Below, piece after piece: positions 34,720-44,749 of a stretch of 64,000 nt of DNA (positions are counted from its first letter, which is position 1; the number at the start of each line of letters is the position of its first letter). The notes under the pieces are model-generated. The model did no database searches, had not been told where the DNA came from, and saw nothing but the letters and a program-made list of their open reading frames with translations. The position numbers and the translations under genes are program-made. Origin of the DNA: a virus; the IMG/VR virus record IMGVR_UViG_3300049855_000474, positions 89,376 to 153,375 of that record, one strand, 5' to 3'.

Positions 34720-36524
34720 AGACTAAACCGATAGCAGAGAAACGAAAAATAGTCGTGATAACAGAATCACGGGCTAAGTCTAAGAAATTGCAAGAATTGA
34801 CGACAGAAGTCTCTAAACATAACTGGAAGTTTTTTGAAGTTACAAAGGAGATGTTTAGTCTACCAAAGACAGGTGCTTGGATAGATGAATTCCTCGACCC
34901 TGTCTGGAATGTTGATAAGTCTATACATAATATAAAAACTTCACTATTAGCAGCGGATGATGCTTACATTTGCACAGATATAGATGCAGAAGGTGAGGCT
35001 TTAGCCTACAAGCTACAAGATATTATCCTCAAGCATTCCGAAGCTAGGTCTAGAAGAATAGTAATCGACGAGATTACACAAACTAACCTCACGATAGCAC
35101 TAGGTGCAGCGAGCGTTGTGGATGAGGCTCTGGCTAAGTCACATTCCGCAAGATTAGTAATAACCAAGCTGCTTATAGAACCTCTGAAGGTCTATATAAA
35201 AAGAGCAGGAAAGCTAGTCGATACTAAAGGACATAGCTTAGAATACAGCCTAACAATTTTCCCGTTATTAGCAGAAATTGTAAGAAACGAAAGAGCCCGG
35301 CGAACTTTCATTCCTCAAAAACTGTACTACGTCGACTGTGAAATATGCAAAGGCAAAGCAAAAGCGACATCTTTGGCTTATACCACAAAAGAAAGTGCTT
35401 TTCAATTAATTGATCGTATTAGAAACCTAGAGCAGGGAGAGCTTCTTGAGATAGATTACTCAGAAAAATCCGAGGAAATCAAGGCATCGTCCCCAGCAAC
35501 AACCAGTATCCTATTCAGGGATATGATTCTAAGAGGATGGAAGCCAGCAGAAGTAATCCAAGCAGCAAGGATACTTTACGACAATGGATTTATTACCTAT
35601 TTCAAGACCAATAGAAAGTCATTGAATCGTAGATTCGCTGAAAAGCTGTGGGCGTATGCTAGAGCACAAAAGTTTCAGGTACGAGAAAGCCCCAAGAACT
35701 ATCTAGAGCCTGGATACGGCGAAGTAATTAGACCCACTAGCTTCCTAGCTCCAGAGGAATTGTTATACGAAGATAAAATCATCAAGGATTTATACGAAAT
35801 TGTTTGGTTTCGAACACTGAATACCCAGCTGCTACCTTCTAGAATAAAGAAACAGGCGGTAGATTACATAACAGAAGACGGCTACACGACCCTGCTACAA
35901 GCAGAAGGTACGGTGGTGGAGTTTCTCGGAACTAACCCCCCAGAGGCAATTCAACAGTTAGATACTAAAACACTCCATCGGCTAGGAGACATGACTATCC
36001 GAGAGGAGATGTCTAAACCACCAGCCCGATACACTATAGCAGGTTTGATTAAATGGCTAGACGAGAAAGCTATTGGTAGAGCTGAGAACTACGAAGAAGT
36101 ATTGGAACAGCTCATAGATAACAGATTTGCACAGGAAGACGAGAAAGGAGAGATGGTTTTAACAGATCGTGGTGAACTTATACACTCCACTATAGCCAAT
36201 CTTTCTGATGACATTAGTGATCCTTCTTTCTGTGCACAATTCGAAGAAGACCTAGAAGCGATAGCTTCAAGGAAAGCCGAATATGCAGATATCGTGATTG
36301 AATACAGTAATTGGATTAAGTCATTACGAATGACAGTTTCTAAATACGAGGCGCCTTACCCAGAGAGTTGCCCACAGTGTCTGGCTCCCCTGCGGGGGAT
36401 GATGGACATTAAACGTATAAACCCTTATGTGAAGTGTAAAGCCTGTAGTTGGTGGAACTTCATAACCTTCGATGCTGAAGGCAATATCATACTAAGCCCA
36501 AATTTCCAGAAAAGTAAAGAATAA
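34716..36524 (+). CDS. topA: type IA DNA topoisomerase (divergent)
   Basis: ITES..K, TDIDAEGE, LYDNGFITY, IRPT, PPARYT, IGR, C-terminal CPQC...CKAC Zn ribbon. Confidence 0.85.
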   Translation: MKTKPIAEKRKIVVITESRAKSKKLQELTTEVSKHNWKFFEVTKEMFSLPKTGAWIDEFLDPVWNVDKSIHNIKTSLLAADDAYICTDIDAEGEALAYKLQDIILKHSEARSRRIVIDEITQTNLTIALGAASVVDEALAKSHSARLVITKLLIEPLKVYIKRAGKLVDTKGHSLEYSLTIFPLLAEIVRNERARRTFIPQKLYYVDCEICKGKAKATSLAYTTKESAFQLIDRIRNLEQGELLEIDYSEKSEEIKASSPATTSILFRDMILRGWKPAEVIQAARILYDNGFITYFKTNRKSLNRRFAEKLWAYARAQKFQVRESPKNYLEPGYGEVIRPTSFLAPEELLYEDKIIKDLYEIVWFRTLNTQLLPSRIKKQAVDYITEDGYTTLLQAEGTVVEFLGTNPPEAIQQLDTKTLHRLGDMTIREEMSKPPARYTIAGLIKWLDEKAIGRAENYEEVLEQLIDNRFAQEDEKGEMVLTDRGELIHSTIANLSDDISDPSFCAQFEEDLEAIASRKAEYADIVIEYSNWIKSLRMTVSKYEAPYPESCPQCLAPLRGMMDIKRINPYVKCKACSWWNFITFDAEGNIILSPNFQKSKE

Positions 36525-36537
36525 AGGACATAAACAC

Positions 36538-37803
36538 ATGGCAGCCAAAGAAAAAGTAGACAAGAAATCCCTACAACTCACTAACGTAAACCCAATAGAG
36601 TTGGCTGCAAGAGCAGCGGAAATTGGGTTGCAGCTAGATAACCCACCGGTTAACCTTGACCGGGGGCGCTTCGTAACAGGAACTGTGAGCTTCGGGTCAC
36701 TATCTCTTGACCTCCTAACAGGAGGCGGCTTACCTCCAGGTAAGATAGTTGATGTCTACGGACCAGAATCCAGTGGTAAGTCAACATTAACTTACCACGT
36801 CCTAGGTAACTGCATGCGTGAAACCCATCCCGGTGCCAATAATGCAATACCTACATTTTTATATGACCATGAAGCGGGAAGTGATGGCAAGTACCTGGGT
36901 GCCGTTGGTGTTAAAATTCGTCTAGCTGACGGATCTAAAAATCCAATGTTCAATTATTTCCAGCCTACTACAGGCGAGTCTACATATCGTCATATGAATC
37001 GTATCTTGGATATTCTACCAGACTACAACGGAGGACTGGAGGGCAGACCTCGACCTACAGTAGTTTTTGCTGTGGATAGCTTGGCAGCAATGCTACCCGA
37101 GGATCTCAACAACGCCGACGACAAGAATCCTATGGGAAGCCAAGCCAAATTGCATGGCGAAGGTATGCAACTTATCAAGTCAAAGCTTGGTAGGAAAAAT
37201 GCGACAATGCTTTGTACTAACCAGATTCGAGAGAAGCCTGGGGTTATGTATGGAAACCCAGAGTATGAGCCGGGAGGGCAAGCTGTCCGTTTCTACCCCG
37301 ATCTTAAAATCAGGATTCAAGGGGTAGGAAAGCCGTTCACTGAACGTGGTCGCCAAATGAGGTTCCTGACGGTACGCACCATTAAAAACAAGCAGTTTGT
37401 GCCCTTCCTGGAACTTAAGGAAGTTTTGGCGGTGGCTCATGGTCACGGTTTCGACCGTGGATACGACAGCCTAGGCTACCTACAGATGACAAACCAAGTT
37501 ACCCAAGGCGGAGGAGGGTATTACACTCTCAATATGCCAAATACTCACTGGGATGGACAGAAGTTCCGCAAAGATCCTTTGATGGAATTGTGCCACAAAA
37601 ATGTATTCCGGTCGTACTTGCGCTCGCAGATTGAAGAAGGAACTGCCTTTGATATGTATTTTGCTTCCCAGAACTGGGAAGACATGTACAAAGCGGATGA
37701 AGAGGACGCCGGTACAGGTTTGGCGCCAGAAGAAACTGGACCAGCAGAGCAGAGTCTGCTAATGAAAGAGACTAACCTAACAGAGACCGTTTTACAAGAG
37801 TAA
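36538..37803 (+). CDS. recA: RecA/UvsX recombinase
   Basis: GSLSLDLLTGGGLP.G, GPESSGKST, VDSLAAM, NQIREKPGVMYGNPE..PGG. Confidence 0.95.
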   Translation: MAAKEKVDKKSLQLTNVNPIELAARAAEIGLQLDNPPVNLDRGRFVTGTVSFGSLSLDLLTGGGLPPGKIVDVYGPESSGKSTLTYHVLGNCMRETHPGANNAIPTFLYDHEAGSDGKYLGAVGVKIRLADGSKNPMFNYFQPTTGESTYRHMNRILDILPDYNGGLEGRPRPTVVFAVDSLAAMLPEDLNNADDKNPMGSQAKLHGEGMQLIKSKLGRKNATMLCTNQIREKPGVMYGNPEYEPGGQAVRFYPDLKIRIQGVGKPFTERGRQMRFLTVRTIKNKQFVPFLELKEVLAVAHGHGFDRGYDSLGYLQMTNQVTQGGGGYYTLNMPNTHWDGQKFRKDPLMELCHKNVFRSYLRSQIEEGTAFDMYFASQNWEDMYKADEEDAGTGLAPEETGPAEQSLLMKETNLTETVLQE

Positions 37804-37894
37804 TTATGACCCAGCATGATCGCAACAAATCTTTCAATAAAGCAATACTAGGAGCAGCTCTCCTGCTCGCGGTTACTATCTGGAGGACAACATC

Positions 37895-38395
37895 ATGCTG
37901 ATTATAATGGATATTGACGGTACGCTAGCAGACGATAGACATCGATACAATTACCTGGAAAACTCCGATCTTGTTAGTTTTTTCGAAAATTCTGATGAAG
38001 ACGGGGTAAATAAGCCGGGTTTTGATTGTCTAGAAGAGTTGCTTGCTAATAACAATGGTAGCAAACCGATCACAGCAGCCTTGACAGCACGCCCTAGTAG
38101 GTACACAAACCACCAGGGCGTGCAGGTCGATTACAAGAAAAGAACAAAGTTATGGTTAGCGCACCACGGTCTTAGGATCGACGAAATAAACATGCATAAT
38201 CCGTCAAGTAAAAAGGACGGTCAGCAAGAAAAGCTGGATAGATTTGTAGATATCGTCCTAGAACACATGGAAGAACGAGTAATCCACTACCTAGAAAACG
38301 ATGAATATATTGCGTATGCAGCCAAAGAACGCTGCCCAACTACCCATGTCTATCTAATTACGTACCACGGATATCATGAAATACACACCACCTAA
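37895..38395 (+). CDS. HAD-family phosphatase (PNKP 3'-phosphatase-like)
   Basis: DIDGTLAD, LTARP, T..WL, END. Confidence 0.8.
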   Translation: MLIIMDIDGTLADDRHRYNYLENSDLVSFFENSDEDGVNKPGFDCLEELLANNNGSKPITAALTARPSRYTNHQGVQVDYKKRTKLWLAHHGLRIDEINMHNPSSKKDGQQEKLDRFVDIVLEHMEERVIHYLENDEYIAYAAKERCPTTHVYLITYHGYHEIHTT

Positions 38396-38795
38396 TAACG
38401 TAATTGACCTGAACAAGGTTTGGTGGGAAAGACAATTGGCTGGTATCAACGACCAAGCAGAGCAAGTAGAGAATGCTATCTACGAGGTGCTGGACCAAGG
38501 ATTCGATTGCGAATATGAGCCTGGAGAAATCCAGTCGTTCATAGGACTTAACAACTTCCGTACTCTAGGTGAGAAGTCTGTATGGACAGCTCTCACCTTC
38601 TACATGGATAGGAAGCCTATCTTTGTTATAAACGCCGTTTGCGATCGGAAACAGGGAGCAGAAATCATCAACTGCGGAAGGCTTATTCGTAACAAACTAG
38701 AATTGTATTACTGCAGTGATTTCGAAGAAGTTCTAGCCTCTGCTCGACGGTACGCTAAAGACCATATTCTACCCGAATTGGAATTCGAGAAATGA
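38376..38795 (+). CDS. hypothetical protein
   Basis: ORF in operon. Confidence 0.65.
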   Translation: MKYTPPNNVIDLNKVWWERQLAGINDQAEQVENAIYEVLDQGFDCEYEPGEIQSFIGLNNFRTLGEKSVWTALTFYMDRKPIFVINAVCDRKQGAEIINCGRLIRNKLELYYCSDFEEVLASARRYAKDHILPELEFEK

Positions 38796-39406
38796 TTGAA
38801 AAACTACCAGAAGGTTTCGATCCTTCAAAGCTCGTAGCAGGTCAAAAAAGCCAAGCTATTAACGACAGGAAAAATATAGTCGATGTAGACGGCAACCCTA
38901 TCCAGTACGGAAAAGATCCTAATGATCCTACATTAGGACCAGACGACAATCCGAAGTTTGAGATGCGGAAGAATGAGGATTTTCCGAATGTTCCTCTTCC
39001 CGTTAAACAAGCGGAGATTAAATATATCCTACCTATGGCTAATTTCCTAGCTCAATCTCTAGGGATCAATCTCATTGATGAGAAGCTGTATGAGAAGATC
39101 CTAGACCCTTTGAGGCAGCGTAGCTTGATGGTTCTAATGAACCTGGAGAAAATGCAAGTTGCGGATGGTGTTGCTTCATGGTACGGACTTATATTGATGT
39201 GTAAGAAACATCCCATAGTGCTTACCAAGTTCAAGCTCCATATAGGAAGTGGGCGAATTGGAATAGCTTCTCTCCGTTTATGGTCTCGAGCAGATCAGCG
39301 CTACGTGGTATTTGGAGATAGAGATCAGAAGGCGTTCCTAGACCGAGAAAAGACAGCCGTCCAGATACTCGACTACCTTAAGACTGAAGGCGTTTGTAAT
39401 GTCTGA
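38792..39406 (+). CDS. hypothetical protein
   Basis: ATGA-coupled ORF. Confidence 0.7.
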   Translation: MIEKLPEGFDPSKLVAGQKSQAINDRKNIVDVDGNPIQYGKDPNDPTLGPDDNPKFEMRKNEDFPNVPLPVKQAEIKYILPMANFLAQSLGINLIDEKLYEKILDPLRQRSLMVLMNLEKMQVADGVASWYGLILMCKKHPIVLTKFKLHIGSGRIGIASLRLWSRADQRYVVFGDRDQKAFLDREKTAVQILDYLKTEGVCNV

Positions 39407-39605
39407 TCTCCAAGTTGTAGATATCGGAGACGATTGTCCTAAATGCCACAGAACGGGTCGTAGGGTGGGGATGCGTAAAAAATGGTGGTTGTTCGGAGAA
39501 CTCACCATTACTTACATTTGCTATTATTGTACGGAGAGTAAAGACTTTGGACGATATAGGCTTCCCTTTCTATGGAAGACTAGAACAATGAGGAAGTTTT
39601 TGTGA
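39399..39605 (+). CDS. small Zn-ribbon protein
   Basis: CPKC...CYYC. Confidence 0.55.
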   Translation: MSDLQVVDIGDDCPKCHRTGRRVGMRKKWWLFGELTITYICYYCTESKDFGRYRLPFLWKTRTMRKFL

Positions 39606-39754
39606 GTTCGCAACAAAAGATAGTAACCTTATGCTTATGCGGATGTGAGAAAAAGACGAGTGGACCTAAAAGGAAATTTGTTTCAGGTCACCATATGAGA
39701 ATGGAAGAACATAAAGTTGAAAATTTTATAAAGAGTCTACGAGGACAATTTTGA
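39602..39754 (+). pseudogene. probable homing-endonuclease remnant (N-terminal C.CGC...F..GH domain only)
   Basis: 50-aa coupled ORF reading LCLCGCEKKTSGPKRKFVSGHH. Confidence 0.45.
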
Positions 39755-40800
39755 GATTCGTCCATTCCTCAGACTGGCACATAGGAGCCAGCAAGTTCCT
39801 TCCTGACTATCTACAGCGCCAAGCTGCTGTAATTGACGATATTTTTGCTGTCGCCGAACGGAATAACGTCACTACAGTAGTAATCGCTGGTGACGTTTTC
39901 GATGACGACTGTCCCTCCAGAGAAGAGAGGGATATGGTCCAGCGTAAGCTGGTTGGGTACGATCATGCTGGTTTCAATATTCTGGTCATCCCAGGAAACC
40001 ATGACATGTCAGACATGACTGGATACACTGCAATACACTACCTGGCGCTTCTCCATGACCAAGGGAAGTTCCTCAATTCTACAATTGTGGAGAGAACAAC
40101 CTACCGAGTTATTGACGACACATTGTTTATTCTCCTGTGTCATACGCCCAGACGCTTCAAAGAAGACTGCGAAGCAGCTATCAATGCCGCTAAGAACTCC
40201 TCTATCGCTCCCAAATTCAAAAGCGTCGTCGTCGTAGTACACGAAACTTTCAAAGGGTCGATCACTGATACGAATTGGCGCCTGCATGACGGGGTCAATG
40301 TCCCCAAGCTCGACTACGAAGGAGAAGAGGTTAGTAAGTTTGAAGTTACGTATTGTGCTGCTGGTGATATACATGTGCGACAAAAATTAGCTCCTAATAC
40401 ATATTACTGCGGAGCGCCTCTGCAAGTCAAGTTCGGAGATCAGTGGCCTAAAGGAGTTTTGATTGTCGATACCGACGATCCGGATAATCCCGTATTCGAA
40501 CCTGTAAAATCCAAACAACTGGTAAAAACCACAAGTTTTGAGGACCTATACCCCGATTGCTACGTGAAGGTGGTCACCAATAAAGCAGAAGCGCTTGGTG
40601 TAGCTCGTCCCGCTAACGTCATGAAGGTTGAGTTCGAGAAACCTACATTTGAGCCTGTACTAGACCTCAAGAAGAGTCTTAGCCTTCACCAGCTGATCCT
40701 CGAAGGAGTAAACCAAGCCTTCGAAAATGAAGATGACTTGGCTATAGCTAAGCGTGAGGTAAATAGAATAATTAGCGAAGTGGAGCAGGTGGACGAATGA
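39751..40800 (+). CDS. sbcD: SbcD/Mre11-like metallophosphoesterase nuclease
   Basis: SDWHIG, AGDVFD, PGNHD, HE, GDIH, YCGAP. Confidence 0.92.
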   Translation: MRFVHSSDWHIGASKFLPDYLQRQAAVIDDIFAVAERNNVTTVVIAGDVFDDDCPSREERDMVQRKLVGYDHAGFNILVIPGNHDMSDMTGYTAIHYLALLHDQGKFLNSTIVERTTYRVIDDTLFILLCHTPRRFKEDCEAAINAAKNSSIAPKFKSVVVVVHETFKGSITDTNWRLHDGVNVPKLDYEGEEVSKFEVTYCAAGDIHVRQKLAPNTYYCGAPLQVKFGDQWPKGVLIVDTDDPDNPVFEPVKSKQLVKTTSFEDLYPDCYVKVVTNKAEALGVARPANVMKVEFEKPTFEPVLDLKKSLSLHQLILEGVNQAFENEDDLAIAKREVNRIISEVEQVDE

Positions 40801-43100
40801 CAACAACCTATAAGCACTTTGCTGTACGTAATGGTGGCTGTATTATTGAAGCAGATATGCCCCTTGAAAACCAGGGATTGGTTTTAATTCAAGGTGTCAA
40901 TAATGATGAAGGGGGAAGCAATGGAGCTGGTAAGAGCACGCTTGGAGATCTACTAGCTAGTATAATCACAGGACGCACAGGAAAAAGGTCTGGGGAGAAA
41001 TCTTTCGTCAAAAAGAATGACTTACTCAATCTAAAGAACCCTCGTAATTTTCATACGCAACTCGCCTTCGACAAAGAGGGCGTTGAATACCTAGTAAACA
41101 ATTATCGAAAGCACCAAGATTGGGGTACACGAATAGAATTGTGGGTAGATGGTGAGGATAAGACTCCAACAACGGATATAGACGATGTCCAAGCTAAAAT
41201 TATGGAAATTTTAGACATCACGCCAGATGAGTTTTTCGGACAAACTTACCTATCCCAGCAGTACTCACATGCCTTAGTTCATGGAACACCCTCACAGAAA
41301 AAGAAGTTTCTATCCACTTATTTTGGACTGGAGCAAATAGATGCAGCAGCCAAGGTATCACAGAAGTTCGTCAATGGCATAGTTATACCCAACGAAGCTG
41401 AGCTTGATGACCTTCGTAGAGGATTAGAGCAACAGTTAAAGGATCTGCCACCAGAGAATGTCATCAATGACAATAAAAAAGCAGCGGATACTCTTCGCGG
41501 AGAATTGCAGCAAAGGATTCTAGACCTACGCTTCCAGGTAGAGCAACAGAAAAAAGCTAAACTTGTTGAGGAACAAAGCCAAGCTTGGGAACAAAAAGTA
41601 GCTGCTCTGGGTGTCTCTTTCACTGCTCCCGATATGTTCCAAGAAATAACAAATTGCACAAATCAGGCAACCCTCTTACAAAGAGAGATACAACGACTCA
41701 CGGAGGTGAGTACCATAAACAAACAGTTGGAACAGTTGGGGGTAGATACCACCCAATCCTATCAAGAAATTAGACAACAGATTGAAGAACATGAACTGAT
41801 TCTCAACAAAAAAGGAGAGGACGTAGCAAAGCTCAAAGTCCGAGCTATCAAGGAACAAGAGTTGGGTGCTCTCCCCAAAACAGAGAAAACCCTCAGGGAC
41901 CTAAGTTTAGAACTGATACAGGCTCAACTAGAAGCTAAGACGTATACAGCAAACCTGAATACTCTAGCCTCGGAAATAAACAAGCTATCTTTCAAAGGTA
42001 CCAAGTGCCCTACCTGCCTACGTGCTATCACAGAGGAAGAGCACAAAGAGATGCTCTCAACGAGGCAGCATAACCACAAGCAGTTACAAGAAGTAGTTAC
42101 TGACCTACAACAGCAGGTTAGAGATCTTCAATCTCTGTCTACGGCTAAAGAGCAAGCGATGCTCCTCGAGTACGAGTTGTCGTCCCTTCCCACTGGTGAC
42201 CACACGCAAGCGACAGAAGAACTTCAAAATATAAAAGCCACCAAAGTTACTTTACAAAAGCTGGCTGACGACCTGGTAAAAGTCACAGCATTGCAGGATC
42301 GTTTAGAGACGCTAGAAGCATCCAAGGATGCGAAAGTACTGGTAGAAGCTCACAATCTCCAGGAAGTTATAGTAACAACTACAAACAAAGCGACTGTATT
42401 ACGAAATGCTAGAGAATGGTTGTTGCAAAACGGTCAAACCAAATTTGATATGCACGCTCTCGGTATGGCACAAAGTGAACTTGACATCATTGAACGCAAG
42501 TTCACAGAAGCTAACGAAGCAGCAATAAACCAAGCAACGCTGCTTACTACGCGCAATAATACAGTGAAGCAAATTGGGGACATTGAACGAATTCTAGCTA
42601 AAAATAGCGAGGAAAAACGAAGAAAGCGCATTCTAGAAGTCATCAATGTTACAATTAATAGCATCAAGAAGGCGAAACTTAGCGAAGCTACTGGCATGTT
42701 GACCGGTGTACTGCCACACTACATAAGTCAGCTCTTCCCGTTAGGTGATGTCAGAATAGCAACACCAGAGAATGAAAACGAATTCGACTTATTCCTAGAT
42801 AAAGGGGATCAACAAATCCCACTATACTTGGTTAGTGGTGGTCAAGCTAAGCGAGTAGCTTTAGCGATATTTTTCGCTTTTGCCAAAATGGGAACAAAAA
42901 GCAGTAATATTTTACTCCTGGATGAAGCTGATAAAGACCTGGACCCTCTAGGCAGAGAAGCCCTCTACGAAGTTCTACAAGATTTGAAGTTCCCTAGTGT
43001 TTTCCTAACATCGCATAGCTCGGACCAACAAAAAAGTAAAAAATATGATCAAGTTTGGAAAATGGAAATGACTAATAGCGTATCAAGACTGATTCGATAA
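40797..43100 (+). CDS. sbcC: SbcC/Rad50-like ATPase
   Basis: NGAGKST, Q-loop, coiled coil with CPTC hook, SGGQ signature, LLLDE, TSH. Confidence 0.93.
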   Translation: MTTTYKHFAVRNGGCIIEADMPLENQGLVLIQGVNNDEGGSNGAGKSTLGDLLASIITGRTGKRSGEKSFVKKNDLLNLKNPRNFHTQLAFDKEGVEYLVNNYRKHQDWGTRIELWVDGEDKTPTTDIDDVQAKIMEILDITPDEFFGQTYLSQQYSHALVHGTPSQKKKFLSTYFGLEQIDAAAKVSQKFVNGIVIPNEAELDDLRRGLEQQLKDLPPENVINDNKKAADTLRGELQQRILDLRFQVEQQKKAKLVEEQSQAWEQKVAALGVSFTAPDMFQEITNCTNQATLLQREIQRLTEVSTINKQLEQLGVDTTQSYQEIRQQIEEHELILNKKGEDVAKLKVRAIKEQELGALPKTEKTLRDLSLELIQAQLEAKTYTANLNTLASEINKLSFKGTKCPTCLRAITEEEHKEMLSTRQHNHKQLQEVVTDLQQQVRDLQSLSTAKEQAMLLEYELSSLPTGDHTQATEELQNIKATKVTLQKLADDLVKVTALQDRLETLEASKDAKVLVEAHNLQEVIVTTTNKATVLRNAREWLLQNGQTKFDMHALGMAQSELDIIERKFTEANEAAINQATLLTTRNNTVKQIGDIERILAKNSEEKRRKRILEVINVTINSIKKAKLSEATGMLTGVLPHYISQLFPLGDVRIATPENENEFDLFLDKGDQQIPLYLVSGGQAKRVALAIFFAFAKMGTKSSNILLLDEADKDLDPLGREALYEVLQDLKFPSVFLTSHSSDQQKSKKYDQVWKMEMTNSVSRLIR

Positions 43101-43123
43101 CCCTTTACGGAGAATAGCAACTT

Positions 43124-43945
43124 ATGTCAAAATTAGTAGGATTAGCGTTTACATCCCCAGGTCTCGCAGTTTGTGTTATAGACCGAGAAAAGTACAGAGT
43201 TTGCTACCACGATCAGTCCACCGCAGCGGACTTCCGCCTATTTCTGCAACAGAAAGATGATAGGAAGCCGGTGGTCTTTGTGACATCGGCTCGTGTATTG
43301 GCTGAAATTCAACCAATGGGAGAAGGCACAGTAGAGAGTTACGTTCTATTCAGTGATCCTGCTATTCTCACCGAAATCAAAGGAATTCACCTGCCAGATA
43401 TTACAGGAGAAGCAGCGGGAGGATGGACTAGAGTAAATATTACCCCAGACGAGTTTAATGCTATACTTGATAAGGGGGCGACTGAAACCTTTGAAGTCAC
43501 AGAAAAAGCACTCACCGCAAGTGGGGACTTAACTAAAGGTATTACTTTTAAAGAATTGGTGGAAGCTGTCGAAGCCTCCTATAGAGAGTTGGGTAAAGAT
43601 TCTACCGACATGGTTCTTCAGGCTTGTCGTTATGTGACAAAACTAATCAGCAAGAAAACATGGGTATCATCAGCCCGAAAACCTGCTCTAAACGCAGGAA
43701 TAAGCGTAAAAGTGCTAGCGGAACTTGAGAAATCTATTGAAACAGACAAAGCCGCTGAGGAGCTTTGGCGCGCTTTTTATGAATTGGCAACCAATGGCAC
43801 GGATAGCCAAAAGATCCTGACGAACTATGCAGTGACTAAGGACGATATCGACCTTCTCGTGAATAAACTAAAACCAGGACAAGGGCAGACCTTCGATTTC
43901 ACAGCTGTTCCGGGTGCGGCTAAGAAAAAGAAGAAATCGTCTTGA
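43124..43945 (+). CDS. hypothetical protein
   Basis: 273-aa ORF with SD. Confidence 0.7.
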   Translation: MSKLVGLAFTSPGLAVCVIDREKYRVCYHDQSTAADFRLFLQQKDDRKPVVFVTSARVLAEIQPMGEGTVESYVLFSDPAILTEIKGIHLPDITGEAAGGWTRVNITPDEFNAILDKGATETFEVTEKALTASGDLTKGITFKELVEAVEASYRELGKDSTDMVLQACRYVTKLISKKTWVSSARKPALNAGISVKVLAELEKSIETDKAAEELWRAFYELATNGTDSQKILTNYAVTKDDIDLLVNKLKPGQGQTFDFTAVPGAAKKKKKSS

Positions 43946-43969
43946 CACGAGCCTAAAAGGCTTTAGTGT
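43942..43969 (+). promoter_or_regulatory. sigma-70-type promoter
   Basis: TTGACA-16 nt-TAGTGT upstream of 44009. Confidence 0.55.
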
Positions 43970-44008
43970 AAGCAAGTCAATCTCAGTCTCAGCAAAAGGA
44001 TTAGTACA

Positions 44009-44746
44009 ATGACCAAATTAAATCAAATTTTAGCGATAGAAAAAGGCGAGAAGAACAAGAGCTTCAAGCAACTTACTGACTTGCACCACAAGTCGGAAAA
44101 GGCGGAGCTTTACGAGGGTAGGGTTCGTACCTATACCCCAGCTGCTGAGGATGGCGAGCAGCTCCCACCCGAGACGCAGGTCGTGCAGCAGAATGCTGAT
44201 GACGTTCTTAGCCAGTTCCAGAATATCCTGGTGCCTCTTTGGGATATTACAGCAACTAAGGACTATACTAACGGACAGTCCGGTTATGCTGACATCGTGG
44301 TGAATGGTCGTACTCTTCTCACCAAGGTTCCAGTAAGTTATCTTCTCTTTCTGGAGAAGCAGTTGGCGGATGTCGAGACCTTCATTTCCAAGATCCCTAC
44401 CTTGGATGCTTCCCAGAAGTGGTCTTTTGATGAGAATCAGAAGTGCCATGCCACGGAGAAGACTTGGCAGAATCGAGCCAAGAAGGTTCTGAAGAATCAT
44501 GTAAAGTCAGTAGCAACTGATAAGCATCCGGCACAGGTCGATGTGTATAACGAGGACATCGTCATCGGTAGGTACGAGTCTATTCGTTTCTCTGGTGCTG
44601 TTTCAGTCAGCAAGAAGGAAATGCTCCTTAGTCGCGTTCGAGAGTTGAAGAACGCAGTTCTATTCGCCCGAGAACAAGCCAACTCGGTCGATGCCTCAAA
44701 GCAGGAAGTAGCGAAGGTTCTCTTCGGTTTCGTCCTGAACGGCTAA
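44009..44746 (+). CDS. conserved uncharacterised protein (DUF7873-like), candidate partner of the downstream RNA
   Basis: MTKLNQILAIEKG...RTYTP..EDGEQLPPE...VPVSYLLFLEKQL...AT.KHPAQV...FSGA...AREQAN (family recalled from memory). Confidence 0.8.
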   Translation: MTKLNQILAIEKGEKNKSFKQLTDLHHKSEKAELYEGRVRTYTPAAEDGEQLPPETQVVQQNADDVLSQFQNILVPLWDITATKDYTNGQSGYADIVVNGRTLLTKVPVSYLLFLEKQLADVETFISKIPTLDASQKWSFDENQKCHATEKTWQNRAKKVLKNHVKSVATDKHPAQVDVYNEDIVIGRYESIRFSGAVSVSKKEMLLSRVRELKNAVLFAREQANSVDASKQEVAKVLFGFVLNG

Positions 44747-44749
44747 AGC

